Source: Armatimonadota bacterium
GTDB lineage: Bacteria > Armatimonadota > SYMT01
Assembly (NCBI GenBank): GCA_046292385.1
Contig: JBKBRF010000005.1
Span: 135,744 to 199,743 of the forward strand
Reading direction: 5' to 3'
Length of the DNA: 64,000 nt
Made by a program: the position numbers and the translations under genes. The notes under the pieces were generated by a model. That model was not told the DNA's origin and did not search any database. It saw only the letters and a list, made by a program, of their open reading frames with translations. Positions 29,603 through 38,928 of this stretch are shown one piece after another. The stretch's first letter is position 1; every line of letters begins with the position of its first letter.

Positions 29603-30052
29603 CTAGATCCGGAAATCGATGATCGCCGTGGTGCCCACGCCCTGGATCGGCTTCAGCTCCGCCTTACCGGGGGTGAGGCTGTTCACAGGGAAATAGGCCT
29701 TGCCGCGCGCGCGGCCGACCGGCACCTCGATCGTGGCGACATACTTCGCCTTCTTGAGCACCGTCTCTTCGCCCTGGATCTGCGCGCCGCCCACGTAGGC
29801 GCCGCTGCCGACGGCGAAGGTCGGGACGACCTTGGTGCGGTCCTCGTACCGGATCCCCTTCTGCTGGAGGAGGGTGTTGATCGTCTTGTTGATCTGGGGG
29901 CCGAACTGCTTCACCAGGAAGCCGATCCCGCCCACCTTCACCACCTTGCCCAGGGCTCCGTCCAGGATGCCCGCCTGGGCGGTCTGCGCGGAGCCGAAGC
30001 CCACTGCCGCCGCCAGTGCCAGGGTTCCGGCCCAGAACTTGATTGTTTTCAT
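29603..30052 (-). CDS. Small secreted hypothetical protein
   Basis: Signal peptide (AQA); GGIGFLVKQFGPQINK, KVVPTFAVGSGAYVGGAQIQG. Confidence 0.8.
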   Translation of the reverse strand: MKTIKFWAGTLALAAAVGFGSAQTAQAGILDGALGKVVKVGGIGFLVKQFGPQINKTINTLLQQKGIRYEDRTKVVPTFAVGSGAYVGGAQIQGEETVLKKAKYVATIEVPVGRARGKAYFPVNSLTPGKAELKPIQGVGTTAIIDFRI

Positions 30053-30145
30053 CGCGCTCTCCCCGCGGGGTCTCTCCGCCCCGCTCTTTGTCCATGACCC
30101 ATAATCGGCGCGGCGGGTTGCGTAGAACCTAAACTCAATGCGGTC

Positions 30146-30556
30146 TCAATCCGCGGCCCGGCGTTTCCGGGCCCACCGGTCGAGAAGAAACGCCGTCCCT
30201 GCGCCGGCCGTGTAGCACGCCAGGTCCCGCAGCGCGAAGGTGGTGCCGAAGAGCAGGCGGACCGGGAGCAGCCCCGCGTACCGTGCCGGGATGCCGGTGA
30301 GCTGGAACAGCTCCACCGCCACGCACCAGCCCAGCGCCGCCAGGGCGATCGCTCGCGGTCGGGTCTTGGGGCGAAGCGCTGCCAGGGCCAGGTAGGCGGC
30401 AGAGGCGTAGAGCGCGTCCCCCAGCCACTCGTCCCAGAGCGGTATTCCCTGGGGGAACCGGCGGGAGACGAGACCCAGCAGAACTACGACGACCAGCGCG
30501 GCGGCGTAGAGGCCCCGGGACGCTCCCGGCTTGCCGGAGTGGTGCGTCAGGCTCAC
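30146..30556 (-). CDS. DUF2809-like membrane protein
   Basis: LGLVSR, LGDALYA, VELFQL, LFGTTF..DLACY. Confidence 0.8.
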   Translation of the reverse strand: MSLTHHSGKPGASRGLYAAALVVVVLLGLVSRRFPQGIPLWDEWLGDALYASAAYLALAALRPKTRPRAIALAALGWCVAVELFQLTGIPARYAGLLPVRLLFGTTFALRDLACYTAGAGTAFLLDRWARKRRAAD

Positions 30557-30614
30557 CCGGTGCTCCGGGAAAGTGGCTCATACCCGGATCCCCTACGCTC
30601 ACACCGGCAGGGTG

Positions 30615-31586
30615 TCATTTCCAGCAGTGGTCCCAGATGCCGACGAGCGCCTCCTGCTGGCGGAGGCCGGAGAGACCGTTCACCAGCAGGTGCGACGGGT
30701 CGTCCGTGCGGACCGCCAGCAGGAAGCTCTCGACGGAGCGCCGCATCAGGTCCGGTCCGATCCACTCTTCGCCCTCCGCGGCCACGCGCGCCACGAATTC
30801 CCCGTCGCGGTTCACGCCGTCGTAGGTGGCAACCAGATCCTGGTTGCCCAGCTCCCTCTTCACCGTGCCGTCGGTAGTCCGGCGGCACTCGATGTGGACC
30901 GGCAGACGGCGCGCCGCGGAGACCCACTCGAAGTCGAGCACCACTTCCCGAGGACCGTCCTGGTGGCGGAGGGTGGCCCAGTCGACCCCTCCGGGCGCGA
31001 GGCGGTCGATGACGGCGAGGGGGTGGGGACCGAGATCGACCCACACCTCCGCGGCGCCGTGCGGGCTGCGCGGCGCGCCGCGAGTGGCCATGGTAAAGGT
31101 CAGGGCGCGGTAATCCGGCTCGCGTCCGCGCAGCGTCCGGTGGAGCGCCTCGAACCCCTCCAGCGCTGCCGGATACTGTGCGTTCACCCCCAGGAGCACG
31201 CCGTGGTGCGCCGCCGCCTCCACCAGCCGAGTCGCCTCCTGGATCAGCTCCAGGGAGCTATAGCTCCAGTTCCAGACGAGCGGCTTCTCGCAGAGGAGGT
31301 GCTTTCCGTCCTGCGCCAGGTCGCGGCAGTTTGCCCAGTGCTCCTCCGCCGGCGAGCAAACGCTGCAGGCGTCGAACCCGCCCTCGCGGCGGAACTGCTC
31401 CCAATCATGAAAGGCACGTCCGCTGAAGCCGAAGAGGTCTCGCAGCGTCGCCGCGGCGGAGAGCGCGGAGGCTTCGGTGGTCCCATAGATCGCCACCACC
31501 TCGCAGCCGGCGTGGGCAAACCACTTGGCATGATGCCGGCCAATTCCGCGGGCACCGACGATGGCGATACGGGGGAGCGGCTTCAT
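30615..31586 (-). CDS. Gfo/Idh/MocA family oxidoreductase
   Basis: IAIVGARGIGRHH, VCSP..H, GKHLLCEKP. Confidence 0.85.
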   Translation of the reverse strand: MKPLPRIAIVGARGIGRHHAKWFAHAGCEVVAIYGTTEASALSAAATLRDLFGFSGRAFHDWEQFRREGGFDACSVCSPAEEHWANCRDLAQDGKHLLCEKPLVWNWSYSSLELIQEATRLVEAAAHHGVLLGVNAQYPAALEGFEALHRTLRGREPDYRALTFTMATRGAPRSPHGAAEVWVDLGPHPLAVIDRLAPGGVDWATLRHQDGPREVVLDFEWVSAARRLPVHIECRRTTDGTVKRELGNQDLVATYDGVNRDGEFVARVAAEGEEWIGPDLMRRSVESFLLAVRTDDPSHLLVNGLSGLRQQEALVGIWDHCWK

Positions 31587-31608
31587 AGTCGGTGCGGAGG
31601 AGACGTCG

Positions 31609-32076
31609 TCAGATCGGGGGCGCCGTTCTCGTCCGGAGCCGCTTCACCATCCGGCGGTGCGGGATTCCGGCCTCGAGGAATTCTTCACCCTCGGGCACGT
31701 AGCCCAAACGCTCGTAAAACGGAACGGCACATACCTGGGCGTCGAGCGCCAGCTCGGTCACTCCCAGGGAGCCGGCATACTGCTCCAGCGCCCGCATCAA
31801 GAGGGCGCCCCAACCGCGCCCGCGGAACTCCGGCAGCAGGGCGATCCGGCCCAGCTTCGCCAGCCCGCGCCGCGGCTGGTAGACCCGCGCGGTGCCGGCC
31901 GGCCGCTCGCCCGCCAGCACCAGCCAGTGGCGGGCGCACGAATCCCACGCGTCCGGCTCGTCTTCCGGCGGCCCGCCCTGCTCCTGCACGAAGACCGCGC
32001 GCCGGATCTCGAGCGCCAGCTCGAATTCTCGCCAGCCGCGGACGGGGCGGATTTGCGGATCACCAGTTGCTGCCAC
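31609..32076 (-). CDS. GNAT N-acetyltransferase (ElaA/YjcF-like)
   Basis: IRRAVFVQEQG, KLGRIALLPEFRGRGWG, AVPFYERLGY, FLEAGIPH; start inferred at GTG. Confidence 0.88.
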   Translation of the reverse strand: MAATGDPQIRPVRGWREFELALEIRRAVFVQEQGGPPEDEPDAWDSCARHWLVLAGERPAGTARVYQPRRGLAKLGRIALLPEFRGRGWGALLMRALEQYAGSLGVTELALDAQVCAVPFYERLGYVPEGEEFLEAGIPHRRMVKRLRTRTAPPI

Positions 32077-32220
32077 TGCGGCCCCGTTCCCGCGGGCGGG
32101 AGCCCATTCCTTCCCAGAATAGCGCGAAGTACCAAACGGGCGACGGTCCGGGAGGTATAATGCCACTATTGCCGCGCCGGTGCAGTGGACGGCGCGGATG
32201 GGATAGAAACGAGGAGGGCT

Positions 32221-32940
32221 ATGGTGCGAACCGAAGGGGCTGCCAGCGCCGGCCTGGAGCTGAGCGCCAACATCGAGGAATACCTCGAGTGGATCTACCG
32301 GCTCTCCAAGGAGCAGGATGAGGTCACCACCTCCGACGTCGCTCGGAGCCTGGGTGTCTCGCCGGCGTCGGTTACCGGCATGGTGAAGCGGCTCTCCGAG
32401 CGCGGGCTGATCTTGCACGAGAAGTACCACGGTATCTCGCTCACCGACCAGGGCCGGGAGATCGCCCTGGCGATTATCCGCCGCCACGGTCTGCTCGAGC
32501 GGCTGCTGGTCGACGTCCTGGGTCTCCCGTGGCACCTGGCGGACGAAGAGGCCGGGCGCCTGGAGCACCACATCACCCCGGAAGTAGAGGAACGGCTGAT
32601 GCAGTTCCTGGGCCACCCGGAGACCTGCCCGCACGGGCAGCCGATCAACTGGGTGCAGCCGGAGACCAACATCCGGCTCGGCGCGGTGGAGCCGGGCACG
32701 GAAGTGGAAGTCGCCCGCATCGCGGACGAAAGTCCGGACTTCCTGGAATATGTCGCCGGGATGGGTATGAAGCCGGGCTGCCGCGTGGCCGTGCGGGCCC
32801 GCGCCCCGTTCAACGGCCCGCTGATGGTGGTGGTGGACGACCAGGAGTACGCCCTGGGCGACGAAGTCTGCTCCAAGATCTGGGTCGTTCCGCCGCATCG
32901 GCACACAGCGGACGATGCGACCGCCCCGCCGGTCGTCTGA
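32221..32940 (+). CDS. DtxR/MntR family metal-dependent regulator with FeoA-like domain
   Basis: EEYLEWIY, VSPASVTGMVKRL, RRHGLLERLL, LEHHI, CPHGQPI; GAGGAGG RBS; TATAAT at 32156. Confidence 0.93.
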   Translation: MVRTEGAASAGLELSANIEEYLEWIYRLSKEQDEVTTSDVARSLGVSPASVTGMVKRLSERGLILHEKYHGISLTDQGREIALAIIRRHGLLERLLVDVLGLPWHLADEEAGRLEHHITPEVEERLMQFLGHPETCPHGQPINWVQPETNIRLGAVEPGTEVEVARIADESPDFLEYVAGMGMKPGCRVAVRARAPFNGPLMVVVDDQEYALGDEVCSKIWVVPPHRHTADDATAPPVV

Positions 32941-32988
32941 TCCCGGCTAATACTCCGTCAGTCCGCGATGGATGGGTGGATCTGGCAA

Positions 32989-33203
32989 GGGAGAGTGGGC
33001 GCAGCGGGGAGTGGGAGAGACTGCAGGCGGGAGCTGTGCGCTCTTGCCGGAGACCACAGCTTTCCCGCAGCGCCTCCGAGTAAGAGTAGGAGAACGAGTA
33101 GGAGAACGAGTAGGAGCAGGAGTGTCCGTGCCGGGAGGTTCGGATTCATCCCTCATCGTTCATCCTTCATCCCTCGACCTCCCCCACTCTCCCTTGCCCC
33201 CAC
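32989..33203. repeat. Nested mosaic of short tandem and inverted repeats
   Basis: Outer GGGAGAGTGGG../..CCCACTCTCCC arms enclose (GAGTAGGAGAAC)n and (TTCATCC)n runs. Confidence 0.7.
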
Positions 33204-33233
33204 GCCTCGCATCAGAAGCAGGCTGACCCGCCT

Positions 33234-34733
33234 CTACCTGAGCTCTCCCGCCGCCAGACACTGCGCCAGGTTGACGAAAGTCCCGACCCCGATGCCGGTG
33301 GGACCGGCCGGCGCCCACGGCCGGGCCTTCTCGTAGTGGCTCGTCCCGGCGATGTCGACGTGCGCCCACGGCAGGTCGCCGGCGAACTCCTTCAGGAACA
33401 TCGCGGCGGTAATCGCGCCTCCCGGACGGCCGCCGCTGTTCTTGAGGTCGGCGATCTCGCTGCGGATCTGCTCCCGGTACTCCGGGAAGAGCGGCAGCGG
33501 CCAGTGGCGCTCGCCGGCCTCCTCGCCGCACTCCCGGACCGCCTCGCACAGCGCGGGATCGGTGGAGAAAAGCCCGCTGGCATGGTGCCCCAGTCCCACC
33601 ACGCAGGCGCCGGTCAGCGTGGCGATGTCGACCAGGTGCGTGGCGCCCAGCTCCCGGGCGTAGGAGAGCGCGTCCGCCAGCAGCATCCGGCCCTCCGCGT
33701 CGGTGGTGATCGTCTCCACCGTCAGCCCGTCGCGGGTCTTCACCACGTCGCCCGGCTTCCAGGCGCGGCCGTCCGGCATGTTCACCGCCGCGGGGACCAG
33801 CGCCAGCACGTCGAGGTCCACCCTCAGCTCGGCGATCGCCTGCATCGCACCGATCACCGCGGCGCCGCCCGCCATGTCACCCTTCATCCGGCCCATCTCC
33901 GCCACTGGCTTGAGAGAGATGCCGCCAGTATCGAAGGTGACCGCCTTGCCGATCAGCGCGAGCAGCGGCGTTCCCTCTCGTCGCTTGCCCGCGGGGAAAT
34001 GGCGGAGCAGGATGAAGCACGCGGGCGTCTCCGAGCCGCGGGTCACCGTGAGGATCGCCTCCATGCCGAGCCGCTGCATCGCGGCCTCATCCAGGCATTC
34101 GAACTGCAGCCCGGTCGCTGCCGCCATCGCCTCCGCGCGGCGAGCCAGCTCCGGCGGGTCGACCACGTTCCCGGGCTCCACCGTCAGCTCTCGCGCGAAG
34201 TTCTTCGCCCGCCCGCGCGCCGCGCCGTCCCGGAGCGCCGAGTCGCTCGTTCCCGCCGCGTAGAGCGTGCGGAGCTGCACTTCCTTGCGCTCTCCCGTGC
34301 GGTAGAGATCGGCGATAAAGCGGGAAAGCTCCGCTCCCTCCGCCGCCGCGGCGCCCGCCGCGTCCGGCCCGAGCGGAAGATCGGCCGCGTCGATCGCCGC
34401 CTCGGCGAGGCCCCGTTTCCCCAGCGCGCGGCAGGCGGCCGCGACCGCCCGGACTACCACCGGCCGGCTGCAGCTCTCCCGGCTTCCGAGCCCCACCAGT
34501 GCCAGCCGCGGCGCCGGAAGCCGCCCGAGCGTGGGGATCACCAGCACCTGGCCCGGCTCCGGCCGCAGCTCACGCTGCTCCCGCATCTCGGTGAGCAATC
34601 CCCCCAGGGCCGCGTCGGCGCGCTCCTCGTTGGCGCCGGCCGGGCCGCCCTGAAAGATCGGCAGGATCAGCGCAGCCCGTTCGAAGTCGAAGATGCTGCC
34701 TTCAAGGGTCTGGATTTCGAACGGCGTGGGCAC
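33234..34733 (-). CDS. pepA: Leucyl aminopeptidase (M17)
   Basis: GKAVTFDTGGISLK, MKGDMAG, TDAEGRMLLADAL, IATLTGA, WAHVDIAG. Confidence 0.95.
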   Translation of the reverse strand: MPTPFEIQTLEGSIFDFERAALILPIFQGGPAGANEERADAALGGLLTEMREQRELRPEPGQVLVIPTLGRLPAPRLALVGLGSRESCSRPVVVRAVAAACRALGKRGLAEAAIDAADLPLGPDAAGAAAAEGAELSRFIADLYRTGERKEVQLRTLYAAGTSDSALRDGAARGRAKNFARELTVEPGNVVDPPELARRAEAMAAATGLQFECLDEAAMQRLGMEAILTVTRGSETPACFILLRHFPAGKRREGTPLLALIGKAVTFDTGGISLKPVAEMGRMKGDMAGGAAVIGAMQAIAELRVDLDVLALVPAAVNMPDGRAWKPGDVVKTRDGLTVETITTDAEGRMLLADALSYARELGATHLVDIATLTGACVVGLGHHASGLFSTDPALCEAVRECGEEAGERHWPLPLFPEYREQIRSEIADLKNSGGRPGGAITAAMFLKEFAGDLPWAHVDIAGTSHYEKARPWAPAGPTGIGVGTFVNLAQCLAAGELR

Positions 34734-35131
34734 TGTTTCGCTCCCAAGTGCGGAGCCGGGCTTGCAATTCGCGTCCGGTCCCGGCAAAGATATCGCACCA
34801 ACGCGTCCTCATTCTGGCATTTGATCGTAGGTGAGTGCGCGGCGCTCCTGCGAGGCATCTGAGAGACATTAGACGTTCTTGTAACGGATGTCCTGATAGC
34901 CTCGCGAGAGATTCTCGTGCCATTCTGAAAGCGGTTTGTCTCCGCCGCCGCGCCTCGATGGCAAACGGCCATTCAGGCAGTCGGGAAAACTCGACGCATC
35001 CTCTGGTGCTCTTCGCCGTTCTCAAGCAGGATCGCGAGTCCGTACACGTACGGAAAACACGCACAGTTCGCTGGCATTCGACAGCCTAAGAATGATATGA
35101 ATGGCATGGTTCGGCCAATCAGGAAACCGTC

Positions 35132-36253
35132 TTGAGCCCATCTGACCGATCTCCCGATAACTCAGATTCCCGCGTGGCGGAGGCACGAGCTACCGTAGAC
35201 GCCGTGGAGCGGGACCTCACGGCAGGTCGCATTCCGCGGGCCCGGCAGCGCCTCACCGAGGCCGCCCGAGTGCTCAAGAAAGCCGCCTGCTTGTCCGATG
35301 CGTCCCGCGCTTACCGGGTGCTTGCCGAGCTGGAGCGCCGACGCGGCGAGATGCCGTCAGCGGTGGCTGCAGCACGCCTTGCCCTGCGGGTAGTGCGTCA
35401 CGAGCCCGAGTCCGGCTCGGCAGAGGCGGCGCTCGCGCTGCTGGCGCAGCTCCACTGCGACGCCAGCGACGCCGGCGCGGCGCTGAAGCATGCCTCGCAG
35501 TGCCTCCAGCAAGCGGAGGCACGCGGAGAGCGCGCCGGAATCGCCGCGGCGCTGCAGCTGCAGGCTGCCGCCTATCTGGCCGCGCGGAGCTACGGCCTCG
35601 CCGTGCAGCACGCGGCGGCCGCGGTAGCCGCGGAAGACGGGACGCAGGCGGAGCTCTGCTCCCGCGGCCGCCGCCTGCTGGCCCTCGCGCTGCTCCAGGC
35701 GGGCTGCCCCGTGGCGGCGGTGCGGGAGCTGTCCCCTCTCCTCCCGCGCCGCGAGGCGACGGCGGCAGACATTCCGGCGCTCACGGCCCGAGGCTTTGCC
35801 CATCTCACCGTCGGAAACGTAGCGGCCGGAGCCCGGGATCTGCGGAAGGCGGCGCGGCTTACCCGCCAGTGCGAGGACCGCCGGCGCGAGGCGCAGACGC
35901 TGGCGGCTCACGCACTGGCGGAAATGATGCTTGCGCGCGACACCGACCGCCCCAAGCGTGCGGCGGCAGCGGAGCGCCTGGCGGCGCGCGCCACCCGCCT
36001 CGCCCAGCGCGTGCGAGACCCCCGGACGCTCAGCGCGGTGGAGTGGATGGTCGCCGCGATGCACCGGAATCCGTCGCCGTTCGAAGGCCTGCCGGTACGG
36101 GAGACCGCGCGGGGGTTGGTGAAACAGGCCCATGAGGCGGAGTGCCTGACGCTGACCGGGGCTTGCCTGGCCGAAGTGGAGCGCCTGCAGCAGTTTCGCG
36201 AGGAACAGCTGATCCGGCGGTGTGCGTTCGTGCCGCCGCTCTGCCTGGAGTAG
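35132..36253 (+). CDS. Hypothetical all-helical TPR-like protein
   Basis: Long Ala/Leu/Arg-rich ORF with TPR-like helices; TTG start after AGGAAA. Confidence 0.6.
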   Translation: MSPSDRSPDNSDSRVAEARATVDAVERDLTAGRIPRARQRLTEAARVLKKAACLSDASRAYRVLAELERRRGEMPSAVAAARLALRVVRHEPESGSAEAALALLAQLHCDASDAGAALKHASQCLQQAEARGERAGIAAALQLQAAAYLAARSYGLAVQHAAAAVAAEDGTQAELCSRGRRLLALALLQAGCPVAAVRELSPLLPRREATAADIPALTARGFAHLTVGNVAAGARDLRKAARLTRQCEDRRREAQTLAAHALAEMMLARDTDRPKRAAAAERLAARATRLAQRVRDPRTLSAVEWMVAAMHRNPSPFEGLPVRETARGLVKQAHEAECLTLTGACLAEVERLQQFREEQLIRRCAFVPPLCLE

Positions 36254-36334
36254 GCGCGGACCGCCAGGGAAGGCCCTCTTTCCCAGGAAGGGGCCGGCGG
36301 ACTAAGGGGTAGGCGGGAAGTACTACCGGATTCC

Positions 36335-36388
36335 CGCCTCGGACTAAAGTCGAGGCTACAGAGAGCGAAGCCCGCCTGCGCGGGCTGA
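36335..36388 (-). repeat. GTAG-type REP element
   Basis: Reverse of GTAGCCTCGACTTTAGTCCGAGGCG plus AGCCCGCCTGCGCGGGCT hairpin; same core at 42909-42933. Confidence 0.75.
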
Positions 36389-36467
36389 GATGTGCCGCTT
36401 TGAACAGCTGGCGTTACTCACTTACTGCCCCTTCATACTCCGTAAGTCCGGGATGGAGGGCCGGATT

Positions 36468-36626
36468 GCTCAAGGGAGAGTGGGAGACGTCTGTTGTAGA
36501 TTAGCAAGTTGGCACGTTGCAGGGTGCGCTCCGGTGGGTGGGGTTCGGAACCTGAAACTTGCTAACCTGGAACCTGCTAACAGCAGCGAGAGAGCGGCTC
36601 CCCCACTCTCCCTTGCTCCCACTCCT
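36468..36626. repeat. Nested inverted short-repeat element
   Basis: AAGGGAGAGTGGGAG / CTCCCCCACTCTCCCTTG outer arms; inner TTAGCAAG / AACTTGCTAACCTGGAACCTGCTAAC. Confidence 0.65.
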
Positions 36627-36653
36627 ACAGAGCAGAAGTACCTGGAGACATCC

Positions 36654-37181
36654 TTAGCTCTCCTGCAGATCTTCGAGCGCTGCCTGCGCGAAGCCGCAGT
36701 CCGGCACCCGGAAGCGGCCGCTCATCTCGCCGCCGCCCTTCAGGAGGCGCAGGTGCTCGGCGCAGTGGGAGGCGCTGGCGGAGACCAGGGGAAGGTAGGC
36801 GAGGAGTCCGTCCAGCACGCGGGCGCGGCGGCGGAGAAACCGGTACTGCAGGATGAGCCGCTCGCCGTCCACCAGGAGCTCCGCGGGGCTCAGCTCTCGC
36901 TCCCGCAGGTCGCGAAGGTCCCGCTCGCAGTCGAAGAGCGCGTTCTGGATGGCGCCCTGGACCTCGACCAGCGTGCGGACGGCTGATTCCGCCTGACGGA
37001 GGTGTACCTCGGTGATGCGCTGGCGGCGGCCAAGCTGACCTTCCTCCGCCTGGGCGGTCCGCTCGTTCACCTCGGCGACTGCCTGCATCAGCTCCTTCGC
37101 AGCGGACTGTATTAGCCGGCACTGCGTCTCCAGCCAAACGTCGGGCGTAATGGAGGGATGCGGGCGAGCGTCGGATGTCAT
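36654..37181 (-). CDS. Hypothetical coiled-coil protein
   Basis: ORF with AGGAAAAG upstream and amphipathic helices. Confidence 0.6.
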   Translation of the reverse strand: MTSDARPHPSITPDVWLETQCRLIQSAAKELMQAVAEVNERTAQAEEGQLGRRQRITEVHLRQAESAVRTLVEVQGAIQNALFDCERDLRDLRERELSPAELLVDGERLILQYRFLRRRARVLDGLLAYLPLVSASASHCAEHLRLLKGGGEMSGRFRVPDCGFAQAALEDLQES

Positions 37182-37332
37182 GCGGTATCTTTTCCTGGTC
37201 GGCGCCCGGACTCACCACGCCGCGGGTGCCGTTGGCCGCTATTCTAACACAGACCACCTGAACGCTAGAACCCCCCCAGACTCCCGGAGCCCCGCGCCCG
37301 GACCCCTGGGGCTCCCCACCCCAGCGCCTGTC

Positions 37333-38928
37333 ATGGACCGCCGCCGCGCGATCGTCGTCGCTCTGGTACTGCTCTCGGCCCTGTTCCTGGCGAGTGTGCC
37401 GTTTCTGTATGGGTACGCGGTCGAGCCGGAGGGGACGCGCTTCTGGGCGGTGCCGGTGGTGAACTCGTTCGACGCGAACCAGTACCTCGCCTTCACCCGC
37501 ATCGTCGCGGACGGCAGCCTGCTGGTCGGCGATCCGTTCACCTCGGAGCCGCACCAGCCGCGTCTGCTGCTTCCCCAGGTCTGGTTCCAGGCGCTCGTCA
37601 TGCGGCTCACCGGCAGCACCCCGCAGGAGGCGTTCCAGGTGAGCCGCGTCCTCTCCGGCGCCGCCCTGCTCCTGGCGGGGTGCTGGCTCGGCTTCCTGCT
37701 GCTGCCCCGGTGGCGGCTGCGCTGGCTCTTCCTGGCGCTGCTCTGCTTCTCCACCGGCGCCTCCTGGTACCTGGAGCTGCTGGGGTACCGCATCCCGAAC
37801 GGCGACCTGGTCCAGCCGGAGGGCAACACCTTCTTCTCGCTCGCCAACCTGCCGCACGTGGCGCTCGCCTCCGCGCTGCTCACGGCGCTCTTCGCGCTGC
37901 TCCTGGAGTACGAGCGGAGCGGCGAGGCGAGGTGGCTCTGGATTACGGTGGGGGTCTCGCTGCTCCTCTCCTGGACCCATCCGTTCGACTACGTCCCGCT
38001 CGGCATGGGCGTCCTCGCCTACGGCGCGCTCCGCTGGTGGTGGAGCCGGGAGATCCCGGTCCGGGTGATCGTGCAGGGCGGCGCCGCGGTCCTGGGCGCC
38101 CTCCCTGCCGCGCTCTACCTTGGCTGGCTCGTCTCGACCGACCCGATCTACAAGCAGCTGGCGAACGACGTGCTCCAGGTGAACCCGTTCCGCTTCTACC
38201 TGATCGCGCACGTGCTGCTGGTGGTCCCCGCCCTGGCGGTGCTGCTGCAGCCGGAAGCCCGCCGCCGCTACGCGCTGCCGCTCTGCTGGGTGGTCTGCGC
38301 GTTCCTCTTCCTCTTCACGCCGTTCCGGCTCGGCGGCAAGCAGCCGCGGGTGGTGGGCGGCATCCACGTTCCGCTGGCGATCCTCGCCGCCGCGGGGGCG
38401 GACCTGACCGCGCGGTGGCTGGCGCAGCGGGTAGCGCCGGGGAAGTCGCGCCGGGTCGTCCTCGCGCTGGACGGGATCTATGCCGTCGGCGCCTGCGCGG
38501 GGGTGATCGGCATGGTGCAGCGTCAGGTCGCGGAGTATGCCCGCCGGGAGCCCGACTTCTTCCAGACGCCCGGCATCCAGCAGGCGTTCTCCACCCTCGA
38601 CCGGCTGGGCGACCGCTCCCAGGTGACCCTCGGCGGCGAGTACACCGCCGGGTGGGCGCCGACCTGGGCCGATACTCGCGTCTACCACGGTCACTGGCAC
38701 ATGACGCTGCGGGAGCCGGAGAAGCGGGCGGAGCGCAACTGGTTCTTCACCGCTCCCGCTCCGCCGGAGCAGCGCGCGAAGTGGCTCCGGCAGCGCGGCA
38801 TCGACTGGGTCGTCTGGTGGCCGCCGGAGTGGCAGGGCTGGGCCGTACCGCTCGACCACGTCCCGGGCCTTCAGCCGGTCTACCGCGGGCCGGACGTCGT
38901 CCTCTATCACTTCGAGCCGTCCGCATGA
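37333..38928 (+). CDS. Polytopic membrane protein, GT-C glycosyltransferase-like
   Basis: About 11 TM segments, D..QYLAF and DPFTSEPH in first loop, PH and HPFD motifs, soluble C-terminus (VYHGHW, GIDWV). Confidence 0.7.
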   Translation: MDRRRAIVVALVLLSALFLASVPFLYGYAVEPEGTRFWAVPVVNSFDANQYLAFTRIVADGSLLVGDPFTSEPHQPRLLLPQVWFQALVMRLTGSTPQEAFQVSRVLSGAALLLAGCWLGFLLLPRWRLRWLFLALLCFSTGASWYLELLGYRIPNGDLVQPEGNTFFSLANLPHVALASALLTALFALLLEYERSGEARWLWITVGVSLLLSWTHPFDYVPLGMGVLAYGALRWWWSREIPVRVIVQGGAAVLGALPAALYLGWLVSTDPIYKQLANDVLQVNPFRFYLIAHVLLVVPALAVLLQPEARRRYALPLCWVVCAFLFLFTPFRLGGKQPRVVGGIHVPLAILAAAGADLTARWLAQRVAPGKSRRVVLALDGIYAVGACAGVIGMVQRQVAEYARREPDFFQTPGIQQAFSTLDRLGDRSQVTLGGEYTAGWAPTWADTRVYHGHWHMTLREPEKRAERNWFFTAPAPPEQRAKWLRQRGIDWVVWWPPEWQGWAVPLDHVPGLQPVYRGPDVVLYHFEPSA

